Positions 51,658 to 64,000 of a stretch of 64,000 nucleotides of DNA are shown here, in pieces (position 1 is the first letter of the stretch; every line of letters begins with the position of its first letter). The notes under the pieces were generated by a model, which saw only the letters and a list, made by a program, of their open reading frames with translations, ran no database searches and was not told where the DNA came from. This DNA comes from Callorhinchus milii (taxonomy: Eukaryota). The stretch is from the NCBI RefSeq assembly GCF_018977255.1, contig NW_024704742.1, positions 51,338,001-51,402,000 on the forward strand, written 5' to 3'. Both the position numbers and the translations under genes were made by a program.

Positions 51658-52082
51658 ACTTGTTTGAAATTTATAGTGGAATATTTATCATTGCACACAT
51701 TTTGTTTCATTTTCTCCAAAATTGCACACACCAGAAAATCTTTCTGAAGCATCCAAAGCTACTTAAGTGGAAAGACAAATCAGGAGTAGAGATGGTTTGT
51801 GACACATAAAATCATAGAATTATACAGCACAGAAAGAAGGCCATTCGGCCCATCGTAACTGTGCCGGCTCTTTGAAAAGAGCTATCCAATTCAATCCCAC
51901 TCCACCGCTCTCTCCCCATAGCCCTGCAAACTTGTCCTCCCCAAATAACTATCTACTTCTCTCTTAAAAGTTGTTATCGAATTAGCTTTCACCATCCTTT
52001 CAGGCAATGCATTCCAGATTCGAACAACTGTGTGAAAAAAAATTCTCCTTGCCTTCCGTTTCTTTTAACAACTATTTTCATG

Positions 52083-52312
52083 TTTCCTTACTCCGCACAG
52101 AGCCTAATAATAATCCCTCCAAAAAACAAAACAATAATAAATTGGTCTTTTTCAATCCACGACTGTTTGCGGGACACTGCTGTGCGCAATTGGCTACTGC
52201 ACTTCGCCCACAAATATACGGTCAATTCACTTTACAGTATGTTCTGTGAAGCGCTTTGAGACGTCGAGAAGACATGAAAAGCATTATATCAAATGCAAGG
52301 ATTATTATTATT
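52083..52312 (+). mobile_element. 5'-truncated SINE inside a minus-strand CR1 3' remnant (about 51810-52420)
   Basis: SINE core and tail; flanks show the CR1 tail GGCCATTCGGCCC. Confidence 0.82.
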
Positions 52313-52423
52313 TTAAATCGGTGCCCTCGGGTTACCAACTCACCCTCCAGTGTAAATAGTTTCTCCTTGTTCACCCTATCGAACCCCCTCATAATTTTCA
52401 ATACTTCTATTAAGTCTCTGTAA

Positions 52424-54045
52424 CCCCTTCCCCAGGCCCTGTACCCCCTTCCCCAGGCCCTGTACCCCCTTCCCCAGGCCCTGTACCCCCTTCCCCAGGC
52501 CCTGTACCCCCTTCCCCAGGCCCTGTACCCCCTTCACCAGCCCCTGTACCCCCTTCACCAGCCCATGTACTCCCTTCCCCAGCCAGCCCCATACCCCCTT
52601 AATAATAATAATCCTTGCATTTGATATAGTGCTTTTCACGTCGGGAGGACGTCCCAAAGCGCTTCACAGAACACACTGTAAAGTGAATTGACTGTATATT
52701 TGTGGGCGAACGCAGCAGCCAATTGCGCACAGCAAAACAGTCGTAGATTGAAAATGACCAATTTATTATTATTTTTGGTTTTGGAGGGATTATTATTAGG
52801 CTCTGTGTGGAGTAAGGAAACTTGCCCAAGGTTTCGCCCTCTGCCTGGAATTGAACTCAGGTCTCTCACTTGCAAAGCGAGTGCTCTAACCACTGAGCTA
52901 CAGGACTCCACAAGGCCTTCCCCAGGCCCCGGGCCCCCTTCCCCAGGCCCCGGGCCCCCTTCCCCAGGCCCCGGGCCCCCTTCCCCAGGCCCCGGGCCCC
53001 CTTCCCCAGGCCCCGTACCCCCTTCCCCAGGCCCCTGTACCCCCTTCCCCAGGCCCCTGTACCCCCTTCCCCAGGCCCCTGTACCCCTTCCCCAGGCCCC
53101 TGTACCCCCTTCCCCAGCCCCCTTCCCCAGGCCCCGGGCCCCCTTCCCCAGGCCCCTGTACCCCCTTCCCCAGGCCCCGTACCCCCTTCCCCAGGCCCCG
53201 TACCCCCTTCCCCAGGCCCCTGTACCCCCTTCCCCGGGCCCCCTTCCCCAGGCCCCTGTACCCCCTTCCCCAGGCCCTGTACCCCCTTCCCCAGGCCCTG
53301 TACCCCCTTCCCCAGGCCCCTGTACCCCCTTCCCCAGGCCCCTGTACCCCTTCCCCAGGCCCCTGTACCCCCTTCCCCAGGCCCCGTACCCCCTTCCCCA
53401 GGCCCCTGTACCCCCTTCCCCAGGCCCCTGTACCCCCTTCCCCAGGCCCCTGTACCCCCTTCCCCAGGCCCCTGTACCCCCTTCCCAGGCCCTGTACCCC
53501 CTTCCCCAGGCCCTGCCCTTCCCCAGGCCCCGGCCCCCTTCCCCAGGCCCGGTACCCCTTCCCCAGGCCCCGTACCCCCTTCCCCAGGCCCCGGGCCCCC
53601 TTCCCCAGGCCCCCTTCCCCAGGCCCCGGGCCCCCTTCCCCAGGCCCCCCCCTTCCCCAGGCCCCCCCCCCCTTCCCCAGGCCCCGGCCCCCTTCCCCAG
53701 GCCCCGGGCCCCCTTCCCCCCCCCCCCCCCCCCCCCCCCAGGCCCCGCCCCCTTCCCCAGCCCCGGCCCCCTTCCCCAGGCCCCGGGCCCCCTTCCCCAG
53801 GCCCCCTTCCCCAGGCCCCGTACCCCCTTCCCCAGGCCCCGGCCCCCTTCCCCAGGCCCCGTACCCCCTTCCCCAGGCCCCGGCCCCCTTCCCCAGGCCC
53901 CGGCCCCCTTCCCCAGGCCCCGGCCCCCTTCCCCAGGCCCCGGCCCCCTTCCCCCAGGCCCCGGGCCCCCTTCCCCAGGCCCCGGCCCCCTTCCCCAGCC
54001 CCCGGGACCCCTTCCCCAGGCCCCGGGCCCCCTTCCCCAGGCAGC
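52424..54045. repeat. C-rich minisatellite, unit about 20-22 nt (CCCCTTCCCCAGGCCC[CTGTA/CGGG]C), interrupted by a SINE at 52600-52909
   Basis: Directly visible tandem array with extreme C/G strand skew. Confidence 0.95.
52600..52909 (-). mobile_element. tRNA-Ala SINE, full length, within the minisatellite
   Basis: Near-identical reverse copy. Confidence 0.92.
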
Positions 54046-54049
54046 CCTA

Positions 54050-54526
54050 AGACTTGCTGCTCTCTGATTGGTCCGTGGCTCTGTTGCTAGGCCGCCATTC
54101 CTATTATTTACTGTCGAGGACGGCGTTCAAGCACAACAACGTCCACCAAAGTTACCGGCAGTAACACTGGCACACGGTGCTCCCGTCCCGCTCTCCTCCT
54201 GTAAGAAATTGTGGTCTTTCCTTTAATTAAAATTCACACGGGGACAGTGACCTGACCTGAGGCCGCGGCGCCACCCACAAGCGCGATCTCGGAAGAGGGC
54301 GGTCGTTAAACTGACACCGCTCGCCCTTTGATCCGCGTCTGATTGACGCGGCGCGCGGCCAACCCACACCCCGCCATCGCCGCCCGCGTCAGACTGGGTG
54401 GGGTTGGTGGACAGGGACCAATCGGCGAGGCGAGAAGGCGGGACTTCCGGCGAGGCTTGGCTTGCTGGCTTTTACCGGCACGAGCAGAGCGGCAGTGCGG
54501 CGGCCGGTCTCCTCATTGCGCTGAAA
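54050..54526 (+). promoter_or_regulatory. DCUN1D4 CpG-island promoter
   Basis: CCAAT boxes (ATTGG near 54067, CCAAT near 54418), ETS-like ACTTCCGG at 54443-54450 and RFX-like GTTACCGGCAGTAAC at 54151-54165. Confidence 0.7.
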
Positions 54527-54545
54527 ATGCACGCGGATGCAGTTA
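54527..54545 (+). CDS. DCUN1D4: DCUN1D4 coding exon 1
   Basis: aaaATGc, MHADAV, phase-1 GTAAGT donor, inside a CpG island. Confidence 0.88.
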
Positions 54546-57500
54546 GTAAGTAACCAGGCTCCTCCGAGTCCACCCGAGCCGCACTCCCGGCGCCGGCCGG
54601 GGCTCGCCTCGCCGGCCTCAGGTAGCACCGGCTGCCGCCCCCCCCCCCCCCAGCCCTCTCTCCCTGCCTCTCAGCGCGCATGTTATTTGTTTACGTTGTG
54701 TCTCCTGGTTCCCCCGACCCCTCAGTTTGTTTTATTTTTCATGCCTGACAACGAAATAAGTGTGACGCAGTTGATTTTCTTCCCTCGATAAAGCCACCGC
54801 CGTCTTTGTTTGATCTCTGTGTCGGTTGGCCTGACCGTTACGTTTCCAGAGATAAATATGCGATGGGTATAATTTTGTGGCGAGGAGTAATAAGGATTAC
54901 TCTTCTATATCCACGCCCCCCCCCCTCCTCCTCGCCCCCCATTTGAATTGTCCTGTGGAACGGCCACGAGCCGCAGCGGTTTTAATGCGAGACGAGGCGT
55001 CTTGTCTGTGCTGCCTGTCAGAAGGGAGGGCACTCGCCCCCGTGCGCCTGCGTGGCGCAGGCTGCGCATTCTGGGACTTGTAGTGCCGCGACGACGCGTT
55101 CTTGCGGTTGTTGCGCACTGCGGCGCATCACAAGCGGACTGCAAAGCCCGCGATGCTTCGCGTGTCGGCTCGCGCCGGGCGAGGGAGGGAGGGAGGGGGG
55201 GGGAAGAGCTTCTCCCAAACCTGTCCTCACTGAAGAAGCCGAGCCAGGTGTCACCTGCTCCTGCCGCTCCGAGCCTCGCTGTTGCCGTTTCGACACTGGA
55301 TCACACACCCAACGAGTGGTCTTTATGTTTGCATCGTCGGTCTTTTTAAGTTTTTTGAGGGGCCATCATTTTAATCTCTTTCTGGTGATCGCCCCCACTG
55401 GTGTTGGCTATGAAGGGTCTGGTGAGCAGGGTCTGCGAGCGGGAGAGTTGGCCTCACGGTGTGCAACTTCTGCCATCAATTGTTGCATTTTGCTTGATCT
55501 CCCCGTAGAAGAAGTTTCAACTTGAGGCTGTGTAAGTGCAATTTGGCGGTGCAGAACAATAATGTTTCCATTTGCTACGCTGCCATATCATTTCAAAAGG
55601 TGTCTCAAAAGTGTTGTTTCCTAGTAATTATAATCGTTGTGTGGTGGACTTTATTCGTAGGCGAACCTGGCAGCCAATTTGCCTTCAGATATGTTGCAGA
55701 AATATTATATGATGCATTTCACACTCAAGTTTCACACAGCCCAAGGGAGGGGGAAAGAGGCAGAAAGAACCGTTAAAAAGATGGGTCTTAAAGTTCTGAA
55801 CCCAGGGAGCAAGAAGAATGGATTCTGAGATGCAGTTCTGGAGAGATGGGCAGAAAGGCTGAGGGCAGATCCGCCCATCGATGGTGAGGTGGATTGAGCA
55901 CCTTGCAGTGTGACAAATATAGTCCGCTACCTTGGAATTTAGCTGACAGTGGTTCATGTTGGCTTTCTGTGATCTGTTTAAGTGAGGCTTGATTTGAAAT
56001 ATTAACAGAACTTATGTCACTTATATTGGAAAGAGTCCTGTATATTGTGGTGGTTGAAGCAGAGTTCAACGGGGGTATCATTATCTAATGTAATATGTCT
56101 GTCCCAGTTTTTGCCAACAGATACTTGCCAAGATATGTGTGTCTTCCTACTGTTCTAATCCCATTTACTGTATAGCGCACCTTGAACAAGTTGAACTGAA
56201 TATGCTTATGCTTCATGAAATGTTGACTTTCTCAACCTTTGGAAAGTGAGCGGAAGATGGGCAACAAGCTTCCTTATACTTGCCAGCGTGGACTTTACTT
56301 TCATGTGTGCACGGATGTCTCTTCGGATAAATATGATATTTTTAAATTTTATCACTCATCAGCAGTTTGCTGGGAAGTGCTTTATGGTCAGAATACAAAG
56401 TAAACACTGGGGTACATGTTCAAATTTTAACAGTTATGTGTTCATTACTATATAAATTAAGAATTGCTTTAATTGTTGCACAAGCATATGAGAAAGTACG
56501 AGTCACTTCAGGTGGAATATAAGGGTGTAATCCAATTGATGGTTCTATTGATTTAAATTGAGATTGAAGTTTGAGCATTTGAATTATCTAAACCCAGAGA
56601 TTGAACTAATTCCATTAAAGATATTGATAAAAAATTAATTGAATTATTTGTCATTCATATTATTGTGCTACATTACTGAAACAAAGCATCTTTTTTCAAA
56701 TGTTTAATTGTTGAGTTTTTGTATTCGTTTTTTAAATTGGTTTACATATTGGGTATTTTCTTTCTAAACTGAAGCATTGATCCATTTTTTAAAAAAATGT
56801 TTGGTACAGACAGTTAAAGCTATAATACACCCCCAGAGAGACAGCTTTAGAGAAAGACACAAATAGACACAGAGAGAGACTCATCCTAAATACTGTACTT
56901 AAATGCAGAGAGAATACTTTTAAGTTTTTGATATAATTACATATGTTTTACCTCACATCTATTCTACCCCTCATCTACTTTGTTGGCTCTGTACAGTATA
57001 AATTAAAAATTAAATTCTATACGATATTTGCTACCAGTTACAAGATATCACTTTAACAAGAGATTTCTATGTTCACAGAGGCCTGCCGTTTCAGGTCCCT
57101 GCCCCATCATTGAGCCGTTGCAGTAGTATCTGTGACCTGAAGTGGCTCTGTTTTTCTATGGCAGTGATCTATTTGGATCAGTCCAGTGCCTGAATTAAAT
57201 AATATTTTAAAAATAACAGTGCACTTTGGGGTTATTATGGTCAATTTATGTGAATGTTAATGCTTTTTTTGCACTCGCTGTAGGTTGAAATTATGCAGAT
57301 TATATTTAAAATGTCAGCTTTGGTTGATTTATTGACTTAACAGGAGGATAGTGTTGTGTGTTAGTCACTCCACTTTAGGAAGGATGTGTGAGGCACAGTA
57401 GAGTCCTGTAGCTTAGTAGTTGGAGCACTTTCCTCGCAAGCAAGAGACCTAGGTTAGATTCCTGGTAAGGCGAAATATTGGGCAACTTTCCTTATTCCAC

Positions 57501-60500
57501 ACTCCTCTATTTACCTAGCAGTAAGTATAAACCTGTTTGTTAGACAGTTGGCCAATCGCTTTTCCGGCAGGTAGTAATTCCTTCAAAAAAATAATAAAAT
57601 TGGTCACTCAATCTATCACTGTTTATTTGTGGAACACTGTTGTGTGCAATTGGCTGCTGGGTTCGCCCACAAAGTATACAGTCAATTCACTTTACAGTAC
57701 TATGAAGTGCTTTGAGATGTCTCAAAGATGTGATAAGACACTATATTGAGTGCAAGGCTTATTATTATAAAGGAGATTTCCGAGATTCACAGCAGGGATG
57801 AATGGTATGACCTGTGAGCAAAGACTCAAGAAAGTGGGCCTATTTTCATCTCAGATCAGAGAAATTTCAGGGGAGACATAATAGAGATGTTTAGATGCAG
57901 TTGCTCGAGAGAAATGTAGTCAGGAGTGGTAGTCAAGGCTGTCTAGTTCCCTTCTTGAAATCTTATATAATCCAAATGAAATTTCTAGAAGGGTGTCTAA
58001 AAAGGAGTAATTTTCAGGGTATGGATGGGAAAAGCCAGGTAAACTGGACTGAATGACTTAAAAGAGGCAGCAAAAACTAGATGGGCTGAATTTCCTCCTT
58101 CTGTGCCGTAAGGTTTTATAGTAATTTGTGCTCTCAGTGATGTAGATAGAAAATGATTTTGTTTTTCAATTTCATGTCCTTTAAAAAGCATTGATTAATG
58201 ATTGAATGAATAAGTTTGGAATTAAAGGTGATATTACCATTTTAACAAAGGCACTATGAATGATATGAGATGTAGAGGTATACTAAATTTCACAATCTTA
58301 AGAACAAAATTCATATATTGTAAACTGAATTGAAATTAAGGCAAAACTCATTGAATAGCATGTTTTGAATATGAATAACCGCGAGTATTATTTTCCATTG
58401 TTAATTGTCTTTTCTTTTTCTTTCAGATTTTCCACTAACTTCTCATCTGTCTACACTGGCTAGCATTCACAAGATTTATCACACTTTAAACAGACTGGTA
58501 ACTTTCTTATTTGTTTTTAATGTAATGTAGCAGTAAGGGTAATTTCACAGGAAATTATTTACCTCCAAGTTGGATATAGAAATACTTTGAAATCTCTCAT
58601 GGTCTTAGCTTTTAAAAACATTATCTTACAATTTAAGACTGTGTACAATTCTGTTTTAATTTGGAAATCAGTTTTCTGCATTTCTTAAAAACTGCAGAAA
58701 ACTGGCTTCCAAGTTCACACTGAATTAAAACATATTCTACAATTTTAAATTTAAAAATTAAGTTTAAATTTAAAGTCAAAGGTCTTAGAGGAAAGATCAT
58801 AGGAATAATTGAGCCTCATTGTCAAAAATAGCTTACGTGTCAATGAGAACTAAAATCTTCTGATAACACCATGATGTATTTTTAATAATGTAATACAGGT
58901 ATAGTTAATTGGGAGGAAATAACTGACTTCAAGTTATCTTCCAGAAGTGTGTATTTTTCTATGGCAGAGTCAGATGCAAGTTTGAATCCTGCTCCATTCT
59001 TGTGTTCCTAGTGTAAACTTGTGCTTTATGTAAGCACAATTTGTATTAGTTATAATTGTGATAAGATCAGTAATGTGGCCATATCTCTGTTACCAAAGAT
59101 GAGCTCTTTGGTGGTTTATGTCATATCTGTTGTGTAGCTGTGAATTGTTTTGAATTTGAAAACAAGAGGTTGGTTCTCTGCAGCTTGCGAAGTGGGGGCA
59201 CATCCTAATATCAGGTGTAGAAGCTGGTGATGGCAACCGAAATGGATGAACTTCATTCAGCATTTTAACTTTTTCAGCAGCCATCAGGTTTGCTGATTGT
59301 ATACATGGTGTGTGCAATAACGCATTGCATTTATATTGCATGTTTCACGTTTTCACGTTCAGGGGAAATCCAAAGGACAATTGAGGAGTAAGTTAGAGAA
59401 CAGGAATGGGTCTGTGGAGGGCTTTTGAGCAGTGGTTGATGACAGCTGTTTTTTAAGTGGATGGGAAATGTAGACAAAGAGGGGCTGACGATGTTTGTTT
59501 GCGACTAGGAGGTGGAGCTGGGAAGTCAGCAGAGGGGTAGGAATACACGGGGTCGAGGAAACGTTGGTGGATTTCATTTTGGGAGATGTCAGAGGGGAGA
59601 GAAGAGTGAATAGCTGAACAAGAATTTGTAGCTGAATTCTTGTAACTGAAGAAAACTAAATCCTTGTAGAATAGGTGTGGATATGTAACATCACAGCTCA
59701 TCTTTCTTGATACTTGTTCAGCTGAATTTTAAGACAAAGCCCCTTTGGTTACAGATCGCAAAAGAAGCCAGTTTAAAATGAACTCTGGATGTTTTTATTT
59801 TTTGTTTGAACAGAAAGTATTCTCCCAGACTTTTCCGTTAAGCATTTTCCTTTAAGTGTTACTGTGTAAAAATACAAGATAATGGGTAAATACCCAACTG
59901 AGAGCTGCTTTCTTAACCATAAAACTGTGTTTGGCTTCCTATTTTCTTTTAGATTAAACATTTTTCTAAGAACTATGAAAAAAGTGAATCAATGGCTAGA
60001 AAACATTTATTTGTGTGATCAGACTTGATAGGTCAGTAATCTACACTTGCTTGAAATTGTTACTAAGAATGCAATGCTTTAAAATTTGAAGAACAACGGC
60101 TAGTCTATAAATATTTGCAATATTATAACTGGTGTTAACTTCTGGTTCCTTTTAAGGTTAAGTGTACTCACAACTGTTATGTGATGATTCCTTCACATTC
60201 ATTTTTACTTTTGTTAGGTGGGTATCTTGAAGTATGGAAACCCATCACCATACTTGAGTTTCCAAACCAAACAACTGAGAGTTACACATATCTGTAGTTT
60301 CCATTTGTTTGGTATAGAGGGATACACCCTACTTCTGAAGTGTTTAGGTGGCAAGTAAAGGTTGGCAAGAGCCAAGGCTTGGGGACCCTAAAGTTTGCAT
60401 TTGGGGTACTGGGGCAGTTTTAACTAGCTAAAGCCACTGCCAAGCTTTCTGCTGCTCCTCTAGCTAATTTCATCCTTCCTGTTTGGATTTTGATTTGAGA

Positions 60501-60859
60501 TTAATGACCTGGAAGTAAATAATCCAAGTTATCAGTAACTAGTAAAATCCTGCTAATAAATCAAGCTGGTTGGTCAATCAAGATATTCAAGAAACCTGCG
60601 GAACAGGCTGGCTCAGGAACGGAACTACTGAGACCATCACAGAGGATTGAGTTGATTATGATATTCTATTACAGAAACGTCATATTGAAGCCAATATAGC
60701 CTGAAAGGGTCCCCTCTTACCAACCCCCGAAATGGATGTGATTCACCATTGCTGTTTTTATAATTTGTAAAAAAAAATCCTTATATAACTAGTCATTTTT
60801 TGCTTGTCTTTGTTTACAGAATTTGACAGAAGACGTTAGCCAAGACGAACAGCAGACAG
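54527..60859 (+). CDS. DCUN1D4: DCN1-like protein 4, 5' part only. Coding exons 54527-54545, 58427-58497, 60820-60859
   Basis: The spliced translation [44 protein letters not shown] matches the recalled human N-terminus [46 protein letters not shown]. Canonical sites; syntenic with CWH43. Confidence 0.94.
55040..55300. promoter_or_regulatory. Second CpG cluster in DCUN1D4 intron 1, candidate alternative promoter
   Basis: Near-consensus ZNF143/THAP11 motif GCATTCTGGGACTTGTAGT at 55066-55084, next to NRF1-like GTGCGCCTGCGT. Confidence 0.6.
57401..57768 (+). mobile_element. Older long-form tRNA SINE inside a CR1 3' remnant (about 57340-58120)
   Basis: SINE head, core and tail; the CR1 tail GATGGGCTGAAT..CCTCCTTCTGTGCCGTAA follows. 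Confidence 0.8.
58427..58497 (+). CDS. DCUN1D4: DCUN1D4 coding exon 2
   Basis: 71 nt, [23 protein letters not shown]; long pyrimidine tract. Confidence 0.95.
60820..60859 (+). CDS. DCUN1D4: DCUN1D4 coding exon 3
   Basis: 40 nt, [13 protein letters not shown]; acag acceptor and GTACGT donor. Confidence 0.93.
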
Positions 60860-61149
60860 GTACGTCTGTATATCTGTCCTATGCTTTCTCTGGACATTGG
60901 GATATTTTCTGAAGCATTAGGTCTCTTTGCTTGTGTTGGTAAAAGTGTCTTAACAGTATCTGCTCTATTAATATCACTAGCTTGTGGTACATTAGCACCA
61001 TAGATGTATTTCTGAAGGATTATTTGTGATATGAACATTGCTGTGGAAATATATACTTGTGTAGTCAAATGACTAGTGTATCTGACTGTAGCATTACTCT
61101 CTGAAACTCTCCTGTATGACGTATAGTTAATCAGCAGATCATTTGTACA

Positions 61150-61360
61150 TGGTGGGTGCAGAGAGGCTGAAGGCCCACCCGTCAATGGTAGGGCAGGCAA
61201 GACAATGGACTTGAAGCAGGCCGGAGCCCATTGAGTGGAGCGAGTGGACAGGTTGGTAGGGTATTAGGAGGTCAAAGAGGTAACAAAGACCAAGGCCATG
61301 AAGGGCTTTGAAGGTGAGGACTAGGATCTTGAACTGAATCCTCTGAGTGACAGGGAGCAA
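61150..61360 (-). mobile_element. L2 fragment
   Basis: LPVTQRIQFKILVLTFKALHGL. Confidence 0.8.
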
Positions 61361-64000
61361 GGTTTTTTTTAAACTAGCAATTAGATTTCAGGTCCTATTA
61401 TGTGGTCCTAAACGTAGGGAGTTACAACTCCTACAAGTGCATTAGTCTTGGGACTCATTTCTTCCAAAAATAGAATAATGTAGGCTATATCTATTGGCAA
61501 ATGTTTCATTTTCTGAAGAAAATTAGTTTCTTAAAATGGAAAAATATTGTTTTGATGTGGTGAAAATGTAATTCAGGTATTAGCTGCTGGCCTGAAGAGC
61601 ACTACAAGCTTTAATCATACTACAAATCGTTCCTGCTAGTTGCTGTTCTTCATAATTTTTTGTGTTTACTTTGTCATCAAATACAAAGAAAATAGCATAT
61701 TAATAGAACTCACTTCTTGTTTGCTTTCACAATTCCAACTCGATGAAAGGATTAATACCATCTTCATCTCATAAGTAAAATAACATTTTGTTTGGCTGCT
61801 ACCCTGTGTTATTTTTAAAAACAAAAGCAAAATGGCTTTGAATTTCAACCAAAAGATTGTCAAGCATATGCATTCTTATTCTCGTGTAGTGACTGTAAGA
61901 TGGTTAAGAAATGAAGTTCGGTATTCTATAAGATTAATGTTACAGATAAAAGTAAAACATCAGTTTCAGAGTTTGTATAGAGGCACAAATATAGCAAGAA
62001 ATCCTTAAGGATCCACAGGTCCCTCCACCTGAGCTGCTACATCTCTTGGGTGATCTCCATGATGCAGAGGTGCATGTGTCCCGAGCAGTTTTATATAATG
62101 TGATTGTCGGGGTTTGGACCTGGTTTGGAGCCACATGCTTGATTAATGTGTTGGCCTGCACCTTATTGACCCAATCTGCGGGAAGGAAACATAGAAAAAA
62201 GACTGGCAAAAACAACAAATTACATTTGTATAGCACCTTTCTCATCAGGAGGCAGACCATGATCTGCATTATTCAGTAAATAACTTTTAAAACTCTAATA
62301 TAGCAGAGCGAAATGTGGTGTGTTTTCCCTTCTACCTTAGTTATAGAATCTTTCCCCACAACTGGAACAAAAATGGACTGTTACTTTAACCACAATGTTT
62401 TTTTAACTAAAAACCAGGTGAAGGGCCAACAATAACTTATATTTATATAGCGCCCCTGGTGGAGCACAACTCCGAGCTGGGGGGAGGGGGAGGTGAATAA
62501 GAAGGTCTTCAGGCGCAACCTGAAAATGGGGAAGGAACACTGCAGAGTACCAGAGGTCAAGATGAACAGCTTGGGTTTTAAAAGCCTGTATAAAGTTGAA
62601 GTAAAAGTTTCAATGGCTTTACATTATGGGATAGAAGGAGTTATTGCCATTTCACCTTAATTTGTAGATTAGCCTCACTTATTACTATTTAGGAACATAA
62701 TTGGAGATTGTTACAACAAAAATTGGCCATTTGTTTCCTCATGTTTGTGCTGGTATTTTTCTTCGCGGGAACTATCTTGACTTTCCTGATGGCTCCCATA
62801 CCTGCTAATCTTTTTTTTAAGCATCCACTTAAATCCCTTGGAAATAATTTATCGACTGTCCATCCTCACGTCTGCTTCAACAAACAATTATGCTTCAACA
62901 ATAGAGAATATATGTGAGACAAACTGAAAGTTCATGTTGTAAATCACTGGGTATATTTATCCATCTGACAAAGCCACAATCAAGATGTGCTTGCAGGTTT
63001 ACTTGGTTGGCTTTACCCATTGGATAAATGTAGAATTAATTGAGTTTATTGGGATAAATCAACCTTCCTTGACCAATTTTGTGTTTAGCAGTCTGAAACT
63101 CTCCCTTGAGCTACTTTTTCAGTCTGACGCTTTTTTTAGTCATGTCTATAGTAGGGATATGGCATCACTGTTTCTATCCACGCATATGATTTCATTCAGT
63201 GAGTTATTCAGCCAACCTTTTCAAAATCAGTCATAAGAATTATGTAAATTACTCTAGAACCATGTCACCTTGACCTTTGTGAAAAGTAGTGGGAAGAGTA
63301 TTTCTCCATCAATCAATTCTGAGGTTAACTTGGCTGTGAATCATAAATTAAAGAATGTGGTATTTCAGTCTGGTATCACTTGAAGTGCTTTGGAAAGACA
63401 GCACTGAAAACCAAACTTGCTGAGAATACAGATGCACGGAGAGCTGCTGTCCATGTTGTAGCCAAGTAAATCGATAGTAAACTCAAAGGAATTATTCAGG
63501 ATGTTTTATCTGTACGATAAACCAGAACCAAGTAGACCTTTGCGTATTCAGTGCACTCAGCACAGAAGATGTAGAGTTGTGAATGTAGATGTAAAAGGTG
63601 CTCTGATGCTCATTCCTACCCCACAATGTTTGTGGAAAGAGGTCCGGGTCAATCACAAAATAATAAGCATTGTTCCATTGTTGTAACTTGGAATAGAGTG
63701 AAGGACAAAGCCGGCTGATTGTCTGGTCATGGCCAATTACAACTTGCACTTGCCCTTCGCGCAGGAAATGTCTTCACAGAGACTGATGGTAGCCTGAGCA
63801 GATTGGAAGGTAAGAAGGAGGTTAACCAGGAAAGCAATGATTTTCGGAAAGTTTTCTGAAAGCAGAGAAGGAGGAAGGGTACAAGACGGAAGGAGTTAAA
63901 GCAAGAGTTCCAGAAGACAGGGGACGATCTGAAAGCTTGCTCACCCGTGATTTGAGCTGATCGCTGAATCGTTCCTTTGAATTGATGTTTAAATCAAGTG

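Noticed and set aside
52688..54067. 459-aa proline-rich ORF
   Set aside because: It starts in an antisense SINE and runs through a minisatellite whose units contain no stop triplets, so the open frame is expected without selection.
54343..55525. Overlapping Arg/Ala-rich ORFs
   Set aside because: By-product of the GC-rich CpG island; only the 19-nt DCUN1D4 coding exon is supported.

Overview
Vertebrate genomic DNA, most likely a cartilaginous fish (inferred from the L2/CR1 LINE and tRNA-derived Deu-type SINE content). The window holds the conserved block OCIAD2(-), CWH43(+), DCUN1D4(+). OCIAD2 has 5 coding exons visible (12269-3806) and its last exon is probably left of the window. CWH43 is complete: 16 coding exons, 23560-51049, 693 aa, all splice phases consistent. 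DCUN1D4 shows its first 3 coding exons (54527-60859). OCIAD2 and CWH43 appear to share a very small bidirectional CpG promoter (NRF1- and ZNF143-like motifs) between two tandem-repeat arrays. Introns are dense with L2 and CR1 fragments and a young tRNA-Ala SINE that shares its 3' hairpin with the L2. The most interesting leads are unproven: a possible dual-frame, mutually exclusive 5' exon arrangement in CWH43; a non-repeat stretch at about 860-2830 with weak resemblance to a negative-strand RNA virus L protein; a nested fold-back duplication in OCIAD2 intron 1; and SINE tail variants that track the LINE partner. No prokaryotic system or CRISPR array is present. Repeat boundaries are approximate and all homology calls are from recall, not database searches.
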